This document shows positions 40,383 through 50,802 of a stretch of 64,000 bases of DNA, piece by piece. The notes beneath the pieces are model-generated. The model was not told the origin of the DNA and did no database searches. It was given only the letters and a program-made list of their open reading frames with translations. This stretch comes from Bradymonadia bacterium (GTDB taxonomy: Bacteria > Myxococcota_A > Bradymonadia > UBA7976 > UBA1532), in NCBI GenBank assembly GCA_046290225.1, contig JBKAGE010000074.1, positions 1 through 64,000 on the forward strand, given 5' to 3'. The stretch's first letter is position 1, and every line of letters begins with the position of its first letter. The translations under genes were made by a program, and so were the position numbers.

Positions 40383-41237
40383 CTATGTCGTCGAGCGCAT
40401 CTGTGCTCGGATCTGACGTTCAGACAACAAGTAGTATAGCCAGTCAGTCATCAGTGGGTCATACAACGCTTCGGCTCCCACCTCTGCTGTCTCTTTGTCA
40501 GGTTGCCTGAGCCTGAACTTGAGGCCGCTCAGCGTCTCAATCCAACGGGCGACGAGCGATTCTGGATTGATGATGAGCTCGTCAGGCTCAGGGCTGTGTT
40601 CAAGGTCTCGAGCAACGCCACGCAGACTGTTGGTGACCAATGGGGAGCTGTGACGGACCTTGACGACTTGAGGTGTCTCTCCAAAGGCGTCATGCACTTT
40701 ACCACCCATGGCGAGAATCAGGTCTGGCTTGAGCACATCAAGTTCCAGGTCTACGTATCGTCGAGCATATTGGAATGCGTCTTTGGGCGGGTTCTGATCT
40801 GTTCCGCTCTTGGTCTGATATGACCATTTTACAAAGTTGGTGAACACTGCGTTCGAGGTCACGCACCCCACTGACTGATGGAATCCTCTCGACTCCAATG
40901 TGCGCAGAGCGAACCCGGTCAGAATCTGGGCGTGCAGTGTCTGCCATGGTCGTATACCGAGGGTCCTCTCCTTGCTCTCCCATCTGGCGTAGAGCCGGCG
41001 TGCGCCCTTGTCTTTTGAGCTGGCGTACCTGCGCACCTCGGTGCGATGACCTGCCAGGTTTTGAGCCATGCTGTAGAAGGCGACACGGGGTCTCCTGGGG
41101 TTGTCGTCGTTCAATGGGTAGGCTTCACCTACAAAGGGCAGATAGGATCTCAAGCTTGGCCCGATGAGGTTCTCGGAGGGACGCCCTGAATCTAGTCCTT
41201 CGAATTGCTTGGCCAATGAGCTGAGCGCCTCGTGCAT
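40383..41237 (-). CDS. Uracil-DNA glycosylase superfamily-like protein
   Basis: PFVGEAY, VFTNFVK, ELDVLKPDLILAMG, VRHSS fit UDG-fold motifs; visibly more AT-rich than flanking host genes. Confidence 0.6.
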   Translation of the reverse strand: MHEALSSLAKQFEGLDSGRPSENLIGPSLRSYLPFVGEAYPLNDDNPRRPRVAFYSMAQNLAGHRTEVRRYASSKDKGARRLYARWESKERTLGIRPWQTLHAQILTGFALRTLESRGFHQSVGCVTSNAVFTNFVKWSYQTKSGTDQNPPKDAFQYARRYVDLELDVLKPDLILAMGGKVHDAFGETPQVVKVRHSSPLVTNSLRGVARDLEHSPEPDELIINPESLVARWIETLSGLKFRLRQPDKETAEVGAEALYDPLMTDWLYYLLSERQIRAQMRSTT

Positions 41238-41351
41238 GGACTGCGCCTTAGAGCATGATGTGGAAGAAGCTTAAGGAGCGCAGAAGCGCCTGAAGGACAG
41301 ACTCTGAAGAAGCACTGAGCATGGAGAGCGATGTTTTATGGAGTAGGGGGC

Positions 41352-41381
41352 CTACTGCCCAATCCCATATTTCTCCAGCTT
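41352..41381 (-). other. Left attachment site: displaced 3' end of the response regulator (KLEKYGIGQ*)
   Basis: Matches 59075-59104 (KLEKYGIGS*) codon for codon; identical core TCCAGCTT at 41374-41381 and 59097-59104. Confidence 0.85.
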
Positions 41382-41488
41382 TTTTGCCGACGGGTCGCAG
41401 GTGGGGAAGGCAGCCCCATAACCCACCGAAATCAGGTATTCCCGACCGGCGCAAACCGGCATGAAGTGGCGTGAACAAGCCCCATCTC

Positions 41489-41517
41489 GTGGACACCATG
41501 TGGACAAGGCGTGGACG
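41489..41517 (+). repeat. Putative integrase arm-type sites GTGGACA/GTGGACA/GTGGACG, 11-bp period
   Basis: Copies at 41489, 41500 and 41511; same motif and period at 59016 and 59027. Confidence 0.7.
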
Positions 41518-41742
41518 AGTTGGTCGCCGAAGTGATCGCCACCGCAGCCAATGCGGGTCGGGATCGAGCGCACCGGCATCCGGCAGGCGGACATCACCCG
41601 CCAGGAGTACATCACCTGAGCCCGGAACACGCAGATGATGTCCTTGCGCAGCCTCCCCGCCGACCTCAAGGCGATGCTCCTCGCCGAGCACGAGGAGGCC
41701 GAGGGCTGGAACATCCGTCGGGCGCTGCGGAAGGTGCGATGA
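41511..41742 (+). pseudogene. Possible degraded small gene
   Basis: Coding-like codons split by a frameshift and a TGA (VDELVAEVIATAANA / GIERTGIRQ..EYIT*ARNTQ..RKVR*); family not recognised. Confidence 0.3.
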
Positions 41743-41749
41743 GCACCGA

Positions 41750-42547
41750 CTACGGGAAGGCGATCAGGTCCATCGCCTTCAATTCGCCTTCCACTGCCTC
41801 AAGCTCTGCCCGGAGGCGTTCGTACTCCATGACCTCATCGGCGTGGGCTGTTCGCACTGCTGTCCGGCATTCGTCGAAGGCTCCCTCAACTTTTGCCCAG
41901 TGCTCATGAAGGAGCGGCGTGAGCCAGTCCTTCTTGGTTGCGTGGGCATCCTTAATCCTCGCCATGTGAGCCGCCACCCCAGCATCCGAAGTTGGCAGCA
42001 TCTCTTCGACAGCGGCAAGGGTGCGGTCAGTCAGTAGGGGGCACAGGACCAATCCTTCACCCTCGGCGTGCCACTTCGTCCGTTGCTCCACGTTGAAACT
42101 GTCGATGACCGGAGGGGCATGTTGCTGTCTATTGCGGAGCGCCAACATGATCCTGTAGGGCGACGACTTCTTCATGTGATCCGCCCGCCTGTGAACATCT
42201 CTGAGCAGACCCGGCGAGAACGTGGCCTTGCCGTTGTTGTATAGGAAGTCCCGTCCAGCCGAGACGCTTGCCAAGTAGTTCCCGAAGTGGAAGAGCACAT
42301 CGGCTCGCATGGTCACAATCTGCTGGCGGATGTTGCTCGGATCGGGTGAGAGGGCGTCCAGCAGCAGGTCACGGTTTCGCAGCATCCACGCCAACTGATC
42401 TTCGGCAGCCCAGAGGAAGTCGAGGTTCTCGAAGCCGCTGATCAGCCGATCACGGATCGCAGCCTCCCGCTTCATCAGTTCGGACACTTTCGTGTAGTCC
42501 AACAGCGGCTCGGCCATCAGGAGCTTCGGTTCCTCCTCGTTGCCCAT
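41750..42547 (-). CDS. Hypothetical helical protein with a HEPN-like R-x4-H motif
   Basis: LRNRQQH at 42119-42136, preceded by NYLASVS..RD. Confidence 0.55.
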   Translation of the reverse strand: MGNEEEPKLLMAEPLLDYTKVSELMKREAAIRDRLISGFENLDFLWAAEDQLAWMLRNRDLLLDALSPDPSNIRQQIVTMRADVLFHFGNYLASVSAGRDFLYNNGKATFSPGLLRDVHRRADHMKKSSPYRIMLALRNRQQHAPPVIDSFNVEQRTKWHAEGEGLVLCPLLTDRTLAAVEEMLPTSDAGVAAHMARIKDAHATKKDWLTPLLHEHWAKVEGAFDECRTAVRTAHADEVMEYERLRAELEAVEGELKAMDLIAFP

Positions 42548-43045
42548 CGTCCCCCCATGTTTTAGTTCGGCCCCGTGCGGGTTGGTCTCCCAGAACCGCA
42601 GAGAGCCCAACTATGCTACACAAGGCCCACAACACCAAGCCCAGCCGACCCCACCCCACCTCTACCAAAGATCACCGACCGCATCATCGCCGCCCTCGCA
42701 CAGGCCACAGCAACGTAGGCCCGCCCTTGGAGCACAGCACGAGAGCCTGGCCCGCAGCGCAACGGCTCGGCAGGTCACGAACAACGGTTCAATGTTTGAG
42801 AGGGGCCTCTGAGTACGTAGTTCCAGGCACTTAGCAGGGATCCTAAACCCCAACCCCAGCCCAAAACGACCCCGTTCGACCCTCAATGGGGACAAAACCG
42901 GGGACAGCTCAGATCATGACGTTTAACCACTGGTGGCTGGGCAGGGAAGCTGTGAGCCACTGAGCAGACAGGGGCTCAACCTCAAAGAGCCTAAGACCCC
43001 ATGATAGCTGGCTACCGGAAATCAGAGTCTCGTCTTTGATACCAA

Positions 43046-45064
43046 TCACCCCAGCCGTCGAGTCAAACCGACAAGCACCTTCTCGCAGATGCTCAGCGTC
43101 TCGTCGGAGGGCTCTTTTCCTTCACGCCACGAGTCCACCAGTGACATCACCACAGTCGCCTTTTCCTGGTGCGTGAACTCACCCCAACCACTCTCTTTGT
43201 AGATAGCTTTCAGGAACTGGACATTGTTCTTTGCAGCACCCGCTTTCGCCTTTTTGGGTTCGGCGCCCTTCAGACTCTCCACTGTCGCCAGCAGCTCATC
43301 CCGGGTGATGATGTCCTCAACCTCCACGCCAGGCTGACCCAAGAGGTCGCCATCGGACATCAGAGCCACTGCACCATCTTGTGGTAGAAGCTCCTTCTTG
43401 AGGGTGGTGGCCTTGTTGAGCCCAGCCTTGTCAGCGTCCAGGAGGACAACAAGGCTACGACTGTCATCGTCAGGCCGGGCAAACATGGAGACCAAGGGCA
43501 GCATGTGGGAGGTGCCCCCAGCAAAGAGAATAACGACATCATCGGGCAAACCGGTTCGGCCCCGCTTCACCAACTCGGCTGACAGTGCCTTGAGCAACCA
43601 GTAGTCGGTGATCCCCTCGACGATCAGGGTCTTCTTCCCGAGGAAGAGGGTCTGCGCCAGCTCGTACCCGAGTGCTGCTTGCAGCGGGAGGACCGTTGCC
43701 CTATCCCCCATGGGCTCCGTTCCATGCGACACCTTGGTGTGGCTCCGATCGCCCTCCTCTGCCGCCACCAGGTACACCGTTCTGACATTGTCCAGGTTGG
43801 CGGGATCCACCAGGAACGGGGAGTGAGAGGAGTACATAAGCTGGTTCTTCTTCGACACCTCCTGGAAGAACCCCAGCAGCTTCTCCTGGGCCGTGATATG
43901 GAGATGGAGCCCCGGCTCATCGAGTAGGAGTATGGCCCCTTGGTGGGCTCGCTTCGACTCGACCAAGAACGTCAAGTAGAACGAGAAGAACCACTGAAAG
44001 CCCCTGCTTCGCTCCTGAAAGTCGATGGACCAGGGGTTGAGATTGTCGGAGACCTTGAGGACGAGATCCTCGCCATCGGCATCGAACTTGAGCTGATGCT
44101 GCCGCTGCTGGGGCCACCACTTCTTCCAGTCGCCGCTGAGCCCAAACGAGGCCGACTCAAGCAGCGTGCTTCTTTCCTCCTTCCTGCGGTTCACGTCCTC
44201 CTGGGGTTCGTTCTGCTGAGCCGGACCCCCCAGCGTAAGCAGCTCCTTCGGATCCAGCCGTGCCCACTCGAACAGCGCCATTCGAGTCCGAGCCAAGCGG
44301 TCGTGCGGTGTCCGGGCAACTTGCCTAAGATGCTCTGGAAGGTGGATACGGGTGCCGAGCACGCCGTACTCATCGAAGTAGATGAAGGCAGGCTGTCGGT
44401 CCAACAGCCAGTCATTGACTGCCGCTCGGTGCTCCTCCTTGGAGCGGTACCCCGCCAACGCTTCAAGCTGCTCGGCGGTTTCGGTTCCGCCCAGTGCATC
44501 ATGGTGGGTGCGAACTTGCCGAACGAGGGCAGTGCTGGACAGCCGTACCGCCTCGGCATCATCTGCGGTAAGCGCCTCCGATAGCTGCTCCGCATATTGC
44601 CGGACCGGAGCGAGTGGATCTGGCTGGCCCTCCTCTGGGACTTGGACCCTCTTATTCAGCTCCTTCAACGTCTTTAACAGAGACGTGGTGTCCATCTGCT
44701 CGAAGCCCACCTCGAAGGAGGCTGTTCGAGTTCCATCGTAGGCGGTCTCGATGCAGATGTCCGAGGGTTTCGTCCCGCCTACCTCCTCGGCGTAGGCTTC
44801 GACATCGGCGTCCTCGAACTCGTACTCCAAGCTCGTGACGATGGGGTTCGTGCCCCGTGCCCTCGTGTACCCCTCCTTGGGGTAGTCGTAGAGCATGTCG
44901 AACTCGACCTCCGACACGTTTCGGGACTTCCAGAGAGCCTGAAGAACGGCGGACTTGCCGCTCTCGTTTTGCCCCAGAAGGCAAGTGACGCTCTTCTTAA
45001 CCTCGACCCTCCCGGAGTCCCGGATGGTCTTGAAGTTCTGAACTCTAAACGCTTTCAGCCGCAT
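43046..45064 (-). CDS. OLD-family ATP-dependent nuclease (ABC ATPase + TOPRIM)
   Basis: VQNFKTI, GQNESGKS, LLLDEPGLHLH, SSHSPF, TOPRIM VEGITD and LDAD. Confidence 0.88.
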   Translation of the reverse strand: MRLKAFRVQNFKTIRDSGRVEVKKSVTCLLGQNESGKSAVLQALWKSRNVSEVEFDMLYDYPKEGYTRARGTNPIVTSLEYEFEDADVEAYAEEVGGTKPSDICIETAYDGTRTASFEVGFEQMDTTSLLKTLKELNKRVQVPEEGQPDPLAPVRQYAEQLSEALTADDAEAVRLSSTALVRQVRTHHDALGGTETAEQLEALAGYRSKEEHRAAVNDWLLDRQPAFIYFDEYGVLGTRIHLPEHLRQVARTPHDRLARTRMALFEWARLDPKELLTLGGPAQQNEPQEDVNRRKEERSTLLESASFGLSGDWKKWWPQQRQHQLKFDADGEDLVLKVSDNLNPWSIDFQERSRGFQWFFSFYLTFLVESKRAHQGAILLLDEPGLHLHITAQEKLLGFFQEVSKKNQLMYSSHSPFLVDPANLDNVRTVYLVAAEEGDRSHTKVSHGTEPMGDRATVLPLQAALGYELAQTLFLGKKTLIVEGITDYWLLKALSAELVKRGRTGLPDDVVILFAGGTSHMLPLVSMFARPDDDSRSLVVLLDADKAGLNKATTLKKELLPQDGAVALMSDGDLLGQPGVEVEDIITRDELLATVESLKGAEPKKAKAGAAKNNVQFLKAIYKESGWGEFTHQEKATVVMSLVDSWREGKEPSDETLSICEKVLVGLTRRLG

Positions 45065-45201
45065 CTGCTCTCCCCATGCTTGTGCCCAGACGACCCGGCA
45101 ATCAACCCGTTGTCAATACAACATCGCACCGCAACGGCTTGGAGAGTACACCACACCCTGACGGTAGGCAGCCTGTCCCCTGCATGGAGAAGGAAGCTAC
45201 C

Positions 45202-45399
45202 ATGCACGAGCCCATCCCTCTCTCCGACCTTACGCCCATCCTCAACGAATACCCCGGCCTGCAAAGGGTTTGGTTCATCCAGGGCCTTGCAGATGCCCTC
45301 GCCGTCCCAGTGATGGTCAGGCTGCCCGACGAGCCTTAGACCAACATCAAGTTGTTCGAGGAGGAGCTCGCAGAGATGACCCCCGGCTACTTGAGCTGA
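45202..45399 (+). pseudogene. Small hypothetical ORF with internal TAG (45337-45339)
   Basis: AGGA SD; coding-like codons continue past the TAG to a TGA. Confidence 0.35.
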
Positions 45400-45659
45400 T
45401 CGGGCGAGCACACCCGGAGCCGCCCCCGGTTCCGAGCTGCAACCTGCTCGACGTTGTACCAGATGCAGTCGTCGTCCTTGCAGACCTCGACCCACTCGCC
45501 TTCTACTCGGGTGACGGGGCCCACGGCGTAGCTGCTGGTGCAAGGACTGCTGTCGGTGAAGTAGTCACCGGGCTAAACGGGGTTGGGACTGCCGCTGGTA
45601 CAGGCGGTCGCAATCGCAGCGGCGAAGATGAACCCAGCCCCCCACATTGTCTTCATCAT
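45387..45659 (-). pseudogene. Small lipoprotein gene with premature TAG at codon 29
   Basis: MMKTMWGAGFIFAAAIATAC lipobox; TAG at 45573-45575; frame continues PGDYFTDSSPC..VCSPDQLK*. Confidence 0.6.
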
Positions 45660-45685
45660 GAGCTTTTTCTCCTTGTTCACGAGCC

Positions 45686-46615
45686 TCAGTCGAGGCGCAG
45701 GACGACCTTCTTGGTGTCCATGCCGAGGCGGACCCGAGACTTGGACTTCCCAGCCTTCTTCGGGACCCGCATGTTCATCTGTTGGGTCTCAACGCCGTCG
45801 CCGTCGTAGGTGGTGACAAGCACGAGAGCCGCCCGGAAGCCCCGCTTGAAGTCCATGGTGACGTGGCACATGCGCTTGTCCCTGAAGGGCTTGTCGCAGG
45901 TGATCTTGTTGATCGTGGCCACACCGGAGATGGAGGGGGTCAGCTCCCACTCAATGCCCACCTTCTTGACCTTGATGGTCTCGGCGGGCTCCTGGCCCAC
46001 GTCCAGGTTGAACGTCTCGATGTCCACGCCCTGCTTCTTCAGGATCCCACAGCCCTTCTCGTGTCCAGCCTTGCAGGCTGCCACCATCGTCTTCAGGCCC
46101 CACTCCGGATCCCTTGGGGCGTCTCCAAGGCCGGTCATGGCGTAGGCCCCCGTCTGGAAGCACCCAGCCTGATCACCGAGCTTGCACGCCTTGTTGAAGT
46201 AGCCCAGGGCGGCCTCATGGTTCTTCTCGACGCCAAGCCCTGAGTGGCTCACTTCACCCGCCCAGCGGCACGCACTCGCCATGGACCTGTCCAGGCAGGA
46301 CCTCGCCAAGAGCATAAAGCCGGTGTCGCCCCGCTCCTCGGCCACCCAATGCTGGCCGAGGATCACGCACGCCTCCTCTGACCCTCTGTGGCAGGCTCCA
46401 CCCAGGAGCAGCTCTGCCTTCTCAGTAGGGCCGCCTCCCGGCTCCCACTCAGCACTGGCCGCAGCAAGGCAGGCTTCCGCCGTCTTCGTCCCACAGGGGT
46501 GATCTTCTTGTTTGGCCGCAGCCTCATCGGTCTGCCGATCGGTGGCCGTCTTGTTGGCGCACCCGTGAATGACGATGCCCCCCAACAGAGCCACGTAGAT
46601 GATGTTCTTGCTCAT
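45686..46615 (-). CDS. Sel1-like repeat lipoprotein
   Basis: Lipobox IHGC; GLGVEKN..AALGYFNKACKLG..GC repeats. Confidence 0.85.
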   Translation of the reverse strand: MSKNIIYVALLGGIVIHGCANKTATDRQTDEAAAKQEDHPCGTKTAEACLAAASAEWEPGGGPTEKAELLLGGACHRGSEEACVILGQHWVAEERGDTGFMLLARSCLDRSMASACRWAGEVSHSGLGVEKNHEAALGYFNKACKLGDQAGCFQTGAYAMTGLGDAPRDPEWGLKTMVAACKAGHEKGCGILKKQGVDIETFNLDVGQEPAETIKVKKVGIEWELTPSISGVATINKITCDKPFRDKRMCHVTMDFKRGFRAALVLVTTYDGDGVETQQMNMRVPKKAGKSKSRVRLGMDTKKVVLRLD

Positions 46616-46743
46616 ACGATCTGGTCCTTCCTCTGAGGCCGACATAGCCACGACGACCAGAAATGATCAAGCTCAACACTTGACCAAAGTTGATATGGAG
46701 GGAGCACCCCTCACGAAGGACCTTTGACGCAGGAGGTCCTTTG

Positions 46744-47094
46744 ATGCCCCGAGCACGCAAAGACAGAGAGCTGCTTCAGGCTGTAGGCGCACGGGTAGCC
46801 GCTGCCCGGCGTGATCGGGGTTTCACCCAGGAAAGTTTGGCTGAGGCTGTCGGGGTCGAGCCCGTGACCCTTTCACGCTGGGAGACCGGCGACAGGGCCC
46901 TCTCCCTCACTACCCTTGCTCGGGTTGCGGGGGCTCTCGGTGTTGGCATCGGGGACCTTCTCGATACGACGAGGGCCCTCCCAAAGATCGAAGTCGCTCC
47001 CGAATACTTGGAACTGGCCAGGACCTACGACGCTATGACTGAGCCTCGCAAAGCCCTCCTCCTCAAGCTGGCCCGAGAGCTGGCCAGGGGCTGA
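46744..47094 (+). CDS. XRE-family HTH regulator
   Basis: R..RGFTQESLAEAVGV....LSRWETG; AGGAGG SD. Confidence 0.9.
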   Translation: MPRARKDRELLQAVGARVAAARRDRGFTQESLAEAVGVEPVTLSRWETGDRALSLTTLARVAGALGVGIGDLLDTTRALPKIEVAPEYLELARTYDAMTEPRKALLLKLARELARG

Positions 47095-47109
47095 CCCCGA
47101 CCCCGGCGG

Positions 47110-48003
47110 TCACGGTTGGCGGGCCTCACGAGGCCCCCATACGGCCTCAAAACCTCTTGATGTCAGCTCGACGCCCAATATCTGGTTGTTGCCGGGCACG
47201 TCCTCATCCAACTCGACAGCCAACCTGATGAAGCCCCCCGTCATCAGGGACCCCTCGCCCTCGAAGTAGCGCCGCCAACGGAGGCGAGTATCGAGGCCCT
47301 CGGGATCCACCAGGGTGATCATGTCCTCTACGCTGGGGCTCACGGGCGTGATGCCCAGATGGTCGAGGGCCCTCTGAGCGATGCCGTGGCTGAGAGCCGC
47401 CAAGCCGAGGGCAGCCAAGATGAGGATCTCGTCGTCATCCAGGCCCTGCTCACGGCGCAGGTCATCAAGGGGCAGCGGGCAGCCTTTGGCCTCACGGTGG
47501 GCGGCGAGACGGGCCTCCACCTTACTGGTATGGGTCATCTCTGCGATCCAGAGATCCATGACCTTGTCCTCGCTCGGCGGGTTCTTCATCCAGACGACCG
47601 CTTTCCCTTGGCTGGCCAAACGTTGGCACCGGAGGTCGAGCAGGATCAGGCAGTCGTCCATGAACTCGCCGTTGCTCTCGTAGGGCTGACGCTGGTTGAT
47701 GTAGGGCCTAACCTTGAGCAGTCCACGCCCATGTACCCCCACGGCCCACCCCACATCGAGAGCCACTGCTGAGGAGGCATGAAACGCTTCTTCAGCAGCG
47801 AGTTGGTCGCCGTCCGTGATGGCCTGCTTGAACCTCGTCCTGGCCTCGATGAAGCGGTCCTCACTCGACAGCTTGAAGTCCAAGGTGTCGATGGGCGGCG
47901 GGATCATGACGGTCGGCTCGATGCTCATCCGGGCCCGCAGCGTAGCCCCGATGGCGGTGTCCAAGTCGTCCAGGATCTTGACGCTGTCGTCGGTCATCTT
48001 CAC
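47110..48003 (-). CDS. Hypothetical protein; C-terminal half resembles winged-helix regions found N-terminal to AAA ATPases
   Basis: AAGGAGG SD before GTG; PLDDL....GLDDDEILIL..F....L...G.I pattern (weak). Confidence 0.55.
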   Translation of the reverse strand: MKMTDDSVKILDDLDTAIGATLRARMSIEPTVMIPPPIDTLDFKLSSEDRFIEARTRFKQAITDGDQLAAEEAFHASSAVALDVGWAVGVHGRGLLKVRPYINQRQPYESNGEFMDDCLILLDLRCQRLASQGKAVVWMKNPPSEDKVMDLWIAEMTHTSKVEARLAAHREAKGCPLPLDDLRREQGLDDDEILILAALGLAALSHGIAQRALDHLGITPVSPSVEDMITLVDPEGLDTRLRWRRYFEGEGSLMTGGFIRLAVELDEDVPGNNQILGVELTSRGFEAVWGPREARQP

Positions 48004-48395
48004 GTCCTCCTTCGTCTCAACGCTCGTCCTGGATACTGGTCAGCTTCCCCTGGATTACCGTGCGAAGTCACAAAGCTGCTGAATCAAATATGGAGGCGGT
48101 GAGCAGGATCATCGTGAGCGAAGGTTCCAGTAGTCCAGCAGGTAGTGCCCTGTTGATCGGGGGGTCCTGGCTCCGGCGTCAGCGTGAGTCATGCTGCAAA
48201 CCACGTATCTCTGTTTGAAGGTTTCGCCTTCTCCTCTCCCTTGAAAACCCAATGTTATTGGGTCTATCAGACTCCTCCAATCAACGCATAGACCAACCAT
48301 AATGTAGGGATTCACAAATCCAGGCGATCCCCCTATTGACTGAACACCTGTCCACGTGGCGAGATAGTGACACAACCATCGACCTGGGGGGTCAC

Positions 48396-49538
48396 ATGAG
48401 CACAGACAACTTCTTCAACGAGACAACTCCGCAATCAACCGTAAAGGCTATGATCGTCGAGAACTACTTCTCAGCCTGGGCGAGGATCATGGTTGGTACG
48501 CAGAACCGCCCAGGCTACCGTGCCAAGAAGAAGATCGGCTACGTGGATCTGTTCGCCGGACCTGGGCGCTACAAGAGCGGTGCAGTTTCGACGCCTCTAC
48601 GAGTGCTCCAAATGGCTTTGACAGAACCGGAACTCTGTGAACGGCTACTGACGATCTTCAACGACAAGGACGACGAGAACGTGCACACCTTGGAGCAGGA
48701 GATCGACGCCATTGAAGGGATCGACCGTTTGGCGCATAAGCCGCAGGTCTGGAATCAGGAAGTCGGAGACAAAATCGCAGCCGACTTCGAGAGCATCAAC
48801 ACCGTCCCACTCCTGGCTTTCGTTGACCCCTGGGGCTATCGGGGTCTGACCCTCCGTCTGGTCAATGCGTTCCTCAAGAGTTGGGGATGCGACTGCATCT
48901 TCTTTTTCAACTATTCACGCATTAACGCTGGTCTCAGCAACCCTTACGTCAAGGAGCACATGGCCGCTCTCTTCGGCGAGGAAAGGGCCAAACGGCTTGC
49001 GACCGAACTTGCCCCGATGGCTCCGGCAGCACGAGAGGCGACTATCGTGAATGAATTGGCGCTCGCCCTCCAAGAGCATTCAGCAGGAAATCAGCGACGC
49101 TATGTCCTTCCGTTCTGTTTCAAGACCGCATCCGGTCGCCGCACGAGCCATCACTTGGTGCTCGTGACGAAGAGCTTCAAGGGCTACGAGGTCATGAAAG
49201 ATATCATGGCAAAGGCCAGCAGCTCGAACCACGATGACGTACCCAGCTTCACTTACAGCCCAGCAACCGGCCCTGAGCAGATGCTCTTGTTCAGACTTAA
49301 CAGCCCACTCAACGCCTTACGGGGATCGCTGATGACCGACCTTGCGGGTCGCACTATGACCATGAGGGATATCTACAAGGAACACAGCGTAGACACGCCC
49401 TACCTGGCTCGGAACTACAAAAAGGTCCTTCGGGATTTGGAGGATGAGGGCGTGATCTTGACTAAGGGCCGTCGTAGCAACCGTGGCTTTGCCGACAACA
49501 TCGTGGTGTCGTTCCCACCACGAAATATGGGAGCTTGA
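48396..49538 (+). CDS. tcmP: Three-Cys-motif partner protein (SAM-dependent methyltransferase-like fold)
   Basis: [26 protein letters not shown]; immediately upstream of a DUF5131 gene. Confidence 0.82.
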   Translation: MSTDNFFNETTPQSTVKAMIVENYFSAWARIMVGTQNRPGYRAKKKIGYVDLFAGPGRYKSGAVSTPLRVLQMALTEPELCERLLTIFNDKDDENVHTLEQEIDAIEGIDRLAHKPQVWNQEVGDKIAADFESINTVPLLAFVDPWGYRGLTLRLVNAFLKSWGCDCIFFFNYSRINAGLSNPYVKEHMAALFGEERAKRLATELAPMAPAAREATIVNELALALQEHSAGNQRRYVLPFCFKTASGRRTSHHLVLVTKSFKGYEVMKDIMAKASSSNHDDVPSFTYSPATGPEQMLLFRLNSPLNALRGSLMTDLAGRTMTMRDIYKEHSVDTPYLARNYKKVLRDLEDEGVILTKGRRSNRGFADNIVVSFPPRNMGA

Positions 49539-49540
49539 GC

Positions 49541-50257
49541 ATGGCTCAGTCATCTATTGAGTGGACCGAATCCACATGGAATCCCGTGACTGGTTGCAAC
49601 AAGGTCAGTCCTGGCTGTAAGTTCTGCTACGCCGAGGTGATGGCAAAACGCCTCAAGGCGATGGGTCAGGCCAACTACGTCAACGGCTTCGACCTCACAA
49701 TCCAACCTCATATGTTGAACCGTCCACTGTCCTGGCGGAAGCCACGGGTCATCTTCGTCAACTCGATGTCGGACTTATTTCATGCGGATGTGCCCCTGGA
49801 TTACATCCAGCAGGTGTTCGACGTAATGAAGCGGGCCCACTGGCATCAATTCCAGATCCTCACCAAGCGGGCCGAGCGTCTGGCGGAGTTGTCCTCGGAG
49901 TTGCCCTGGCCAAAGAATGTTTGGATGGGTGTGTCCGTCGAGACAGATGCCTACACCGACCGAATTGACTATCTCCGGAGGACGGGCGCTCACATCAAGT
50001 TTCTCTCGCTGGAACCCCTACTCAGCCCCCTCTCGAACCTCGATCTGAGCAACATCGACTGGGTGATCGTGGGAGGCGAGTCTGGCCGCAAGCCCCGCCA
50101 AATAGATGAAGCTTGGGTAACCGATATTCGTGACCAGTGCCTCCGTGCGGAGGTTGCTTTCTTCTTCAAACAGTGGGGTGGTACGAATAAGAAGAGGGCA
50201 GGGCGGACTCTGCAAGGGCGGACTTGGGACCAGATGCCTGGTGCCTCAACCCTTTGA
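49541..50257 (+). CDS. DUF5131 / phage Gp37-Gp68 family (Cx6Cx2C, radical-SAM-like)
   Basis: [63 protein letters not shown]. Confidence 0.93.
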   Translation: MAQSSIEWTESTWNPVTGCNKVSPGCKFCYAEVMAKRLKAMGQANYVNGFDLTIQPHMLNRPLSWRKPRVIFVNSMSDLFHADVPLDYIQQVFDVMKRAHWHQFQILTKRAERLAELSSELPWPKNVWMGVSVETDAYTDRIDYLRRTGAHIKFLSLEPLLSPLSNLDLSNIDWVIVGGESGRKPRQIDEAWVTDIRDQCLRAEVAFFFKQWGGTNKKRAGRTLQGRTWDQMPGASTL

Positions 50258-50274
50258 AGCTGGGCCGATATCTG

Positions 50275-50559
50275 ATGGAAGCCCACCCCCTGACTGATCT
50301 CTTCCCCACCGTGGGGCGAGACGATCTGCAAGTCCTCGCAGCCAACATCGTCGCCAACGATCTCTACCACCCCAGCCTCATCTACGATGACCAGGTGCTC
50401 AACGTGCGTAACCACCTCACAGTCTGCCAGCTCGCTGGGGTGGGGCTTCACTTCGAGATCGTCACCGGTACTTAGGCCGATGCTCTCGCCCTCTCGTTGA
50501 TTCTGGCCCACAGGCGCCTCTCTACGGCCCAGAAGACTACTCTCATGGGTGACTCCTAA
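50275..50559 (+). pseudogene. Degenerate ParB-N-like gene
   Basis: HPL.DLFP....L..LA..I.AN.L..P..Y..QVL..RN...C.L.G pattern, with DGRNR decayed to NVRNH and an internal TAG at 50473-50475. Confidence 0.55.
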
Positions 50560-50802
50560 GCCTGATTAAGAAAAGGGCGCCAGAGGCCATCAGGGAGCCC
50601 GCAAGGACCTATCCCCTACAGGAGGAAGAGGAAGGCTCACCCTTCCCAGGGCCAGGGCATTCATCAACCCCTCGATGAGGCAGCCCACCAGCGTGGACCT
50701 CAGCGAATAGATGCACCACCCGTAATCAGGGAGCCCCCCGGGAGTATACAGATTGCGCTGGGATTCTCCCGGTGCAGGGACACTCACCGGGGACCAGACC
50801 AA

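Noticed and set aside
41248..41714. ORFs 41248..41691 and 41352..41714 as real genes
   Set aside because: They span the att junction; only the last 10 codons of the second are meaningful, as the displaced tail.
43046..45064. Gabija system
   Set aside because: No GajB/UvrD helicase adjacent.
45202..50559. Amber (TAG) recoding in the element
   Set aside because: Other element genes end normally at TAG (e.g. the methylase at 52263), and the ParB remnant has also lost conserved residues, which fits decay.
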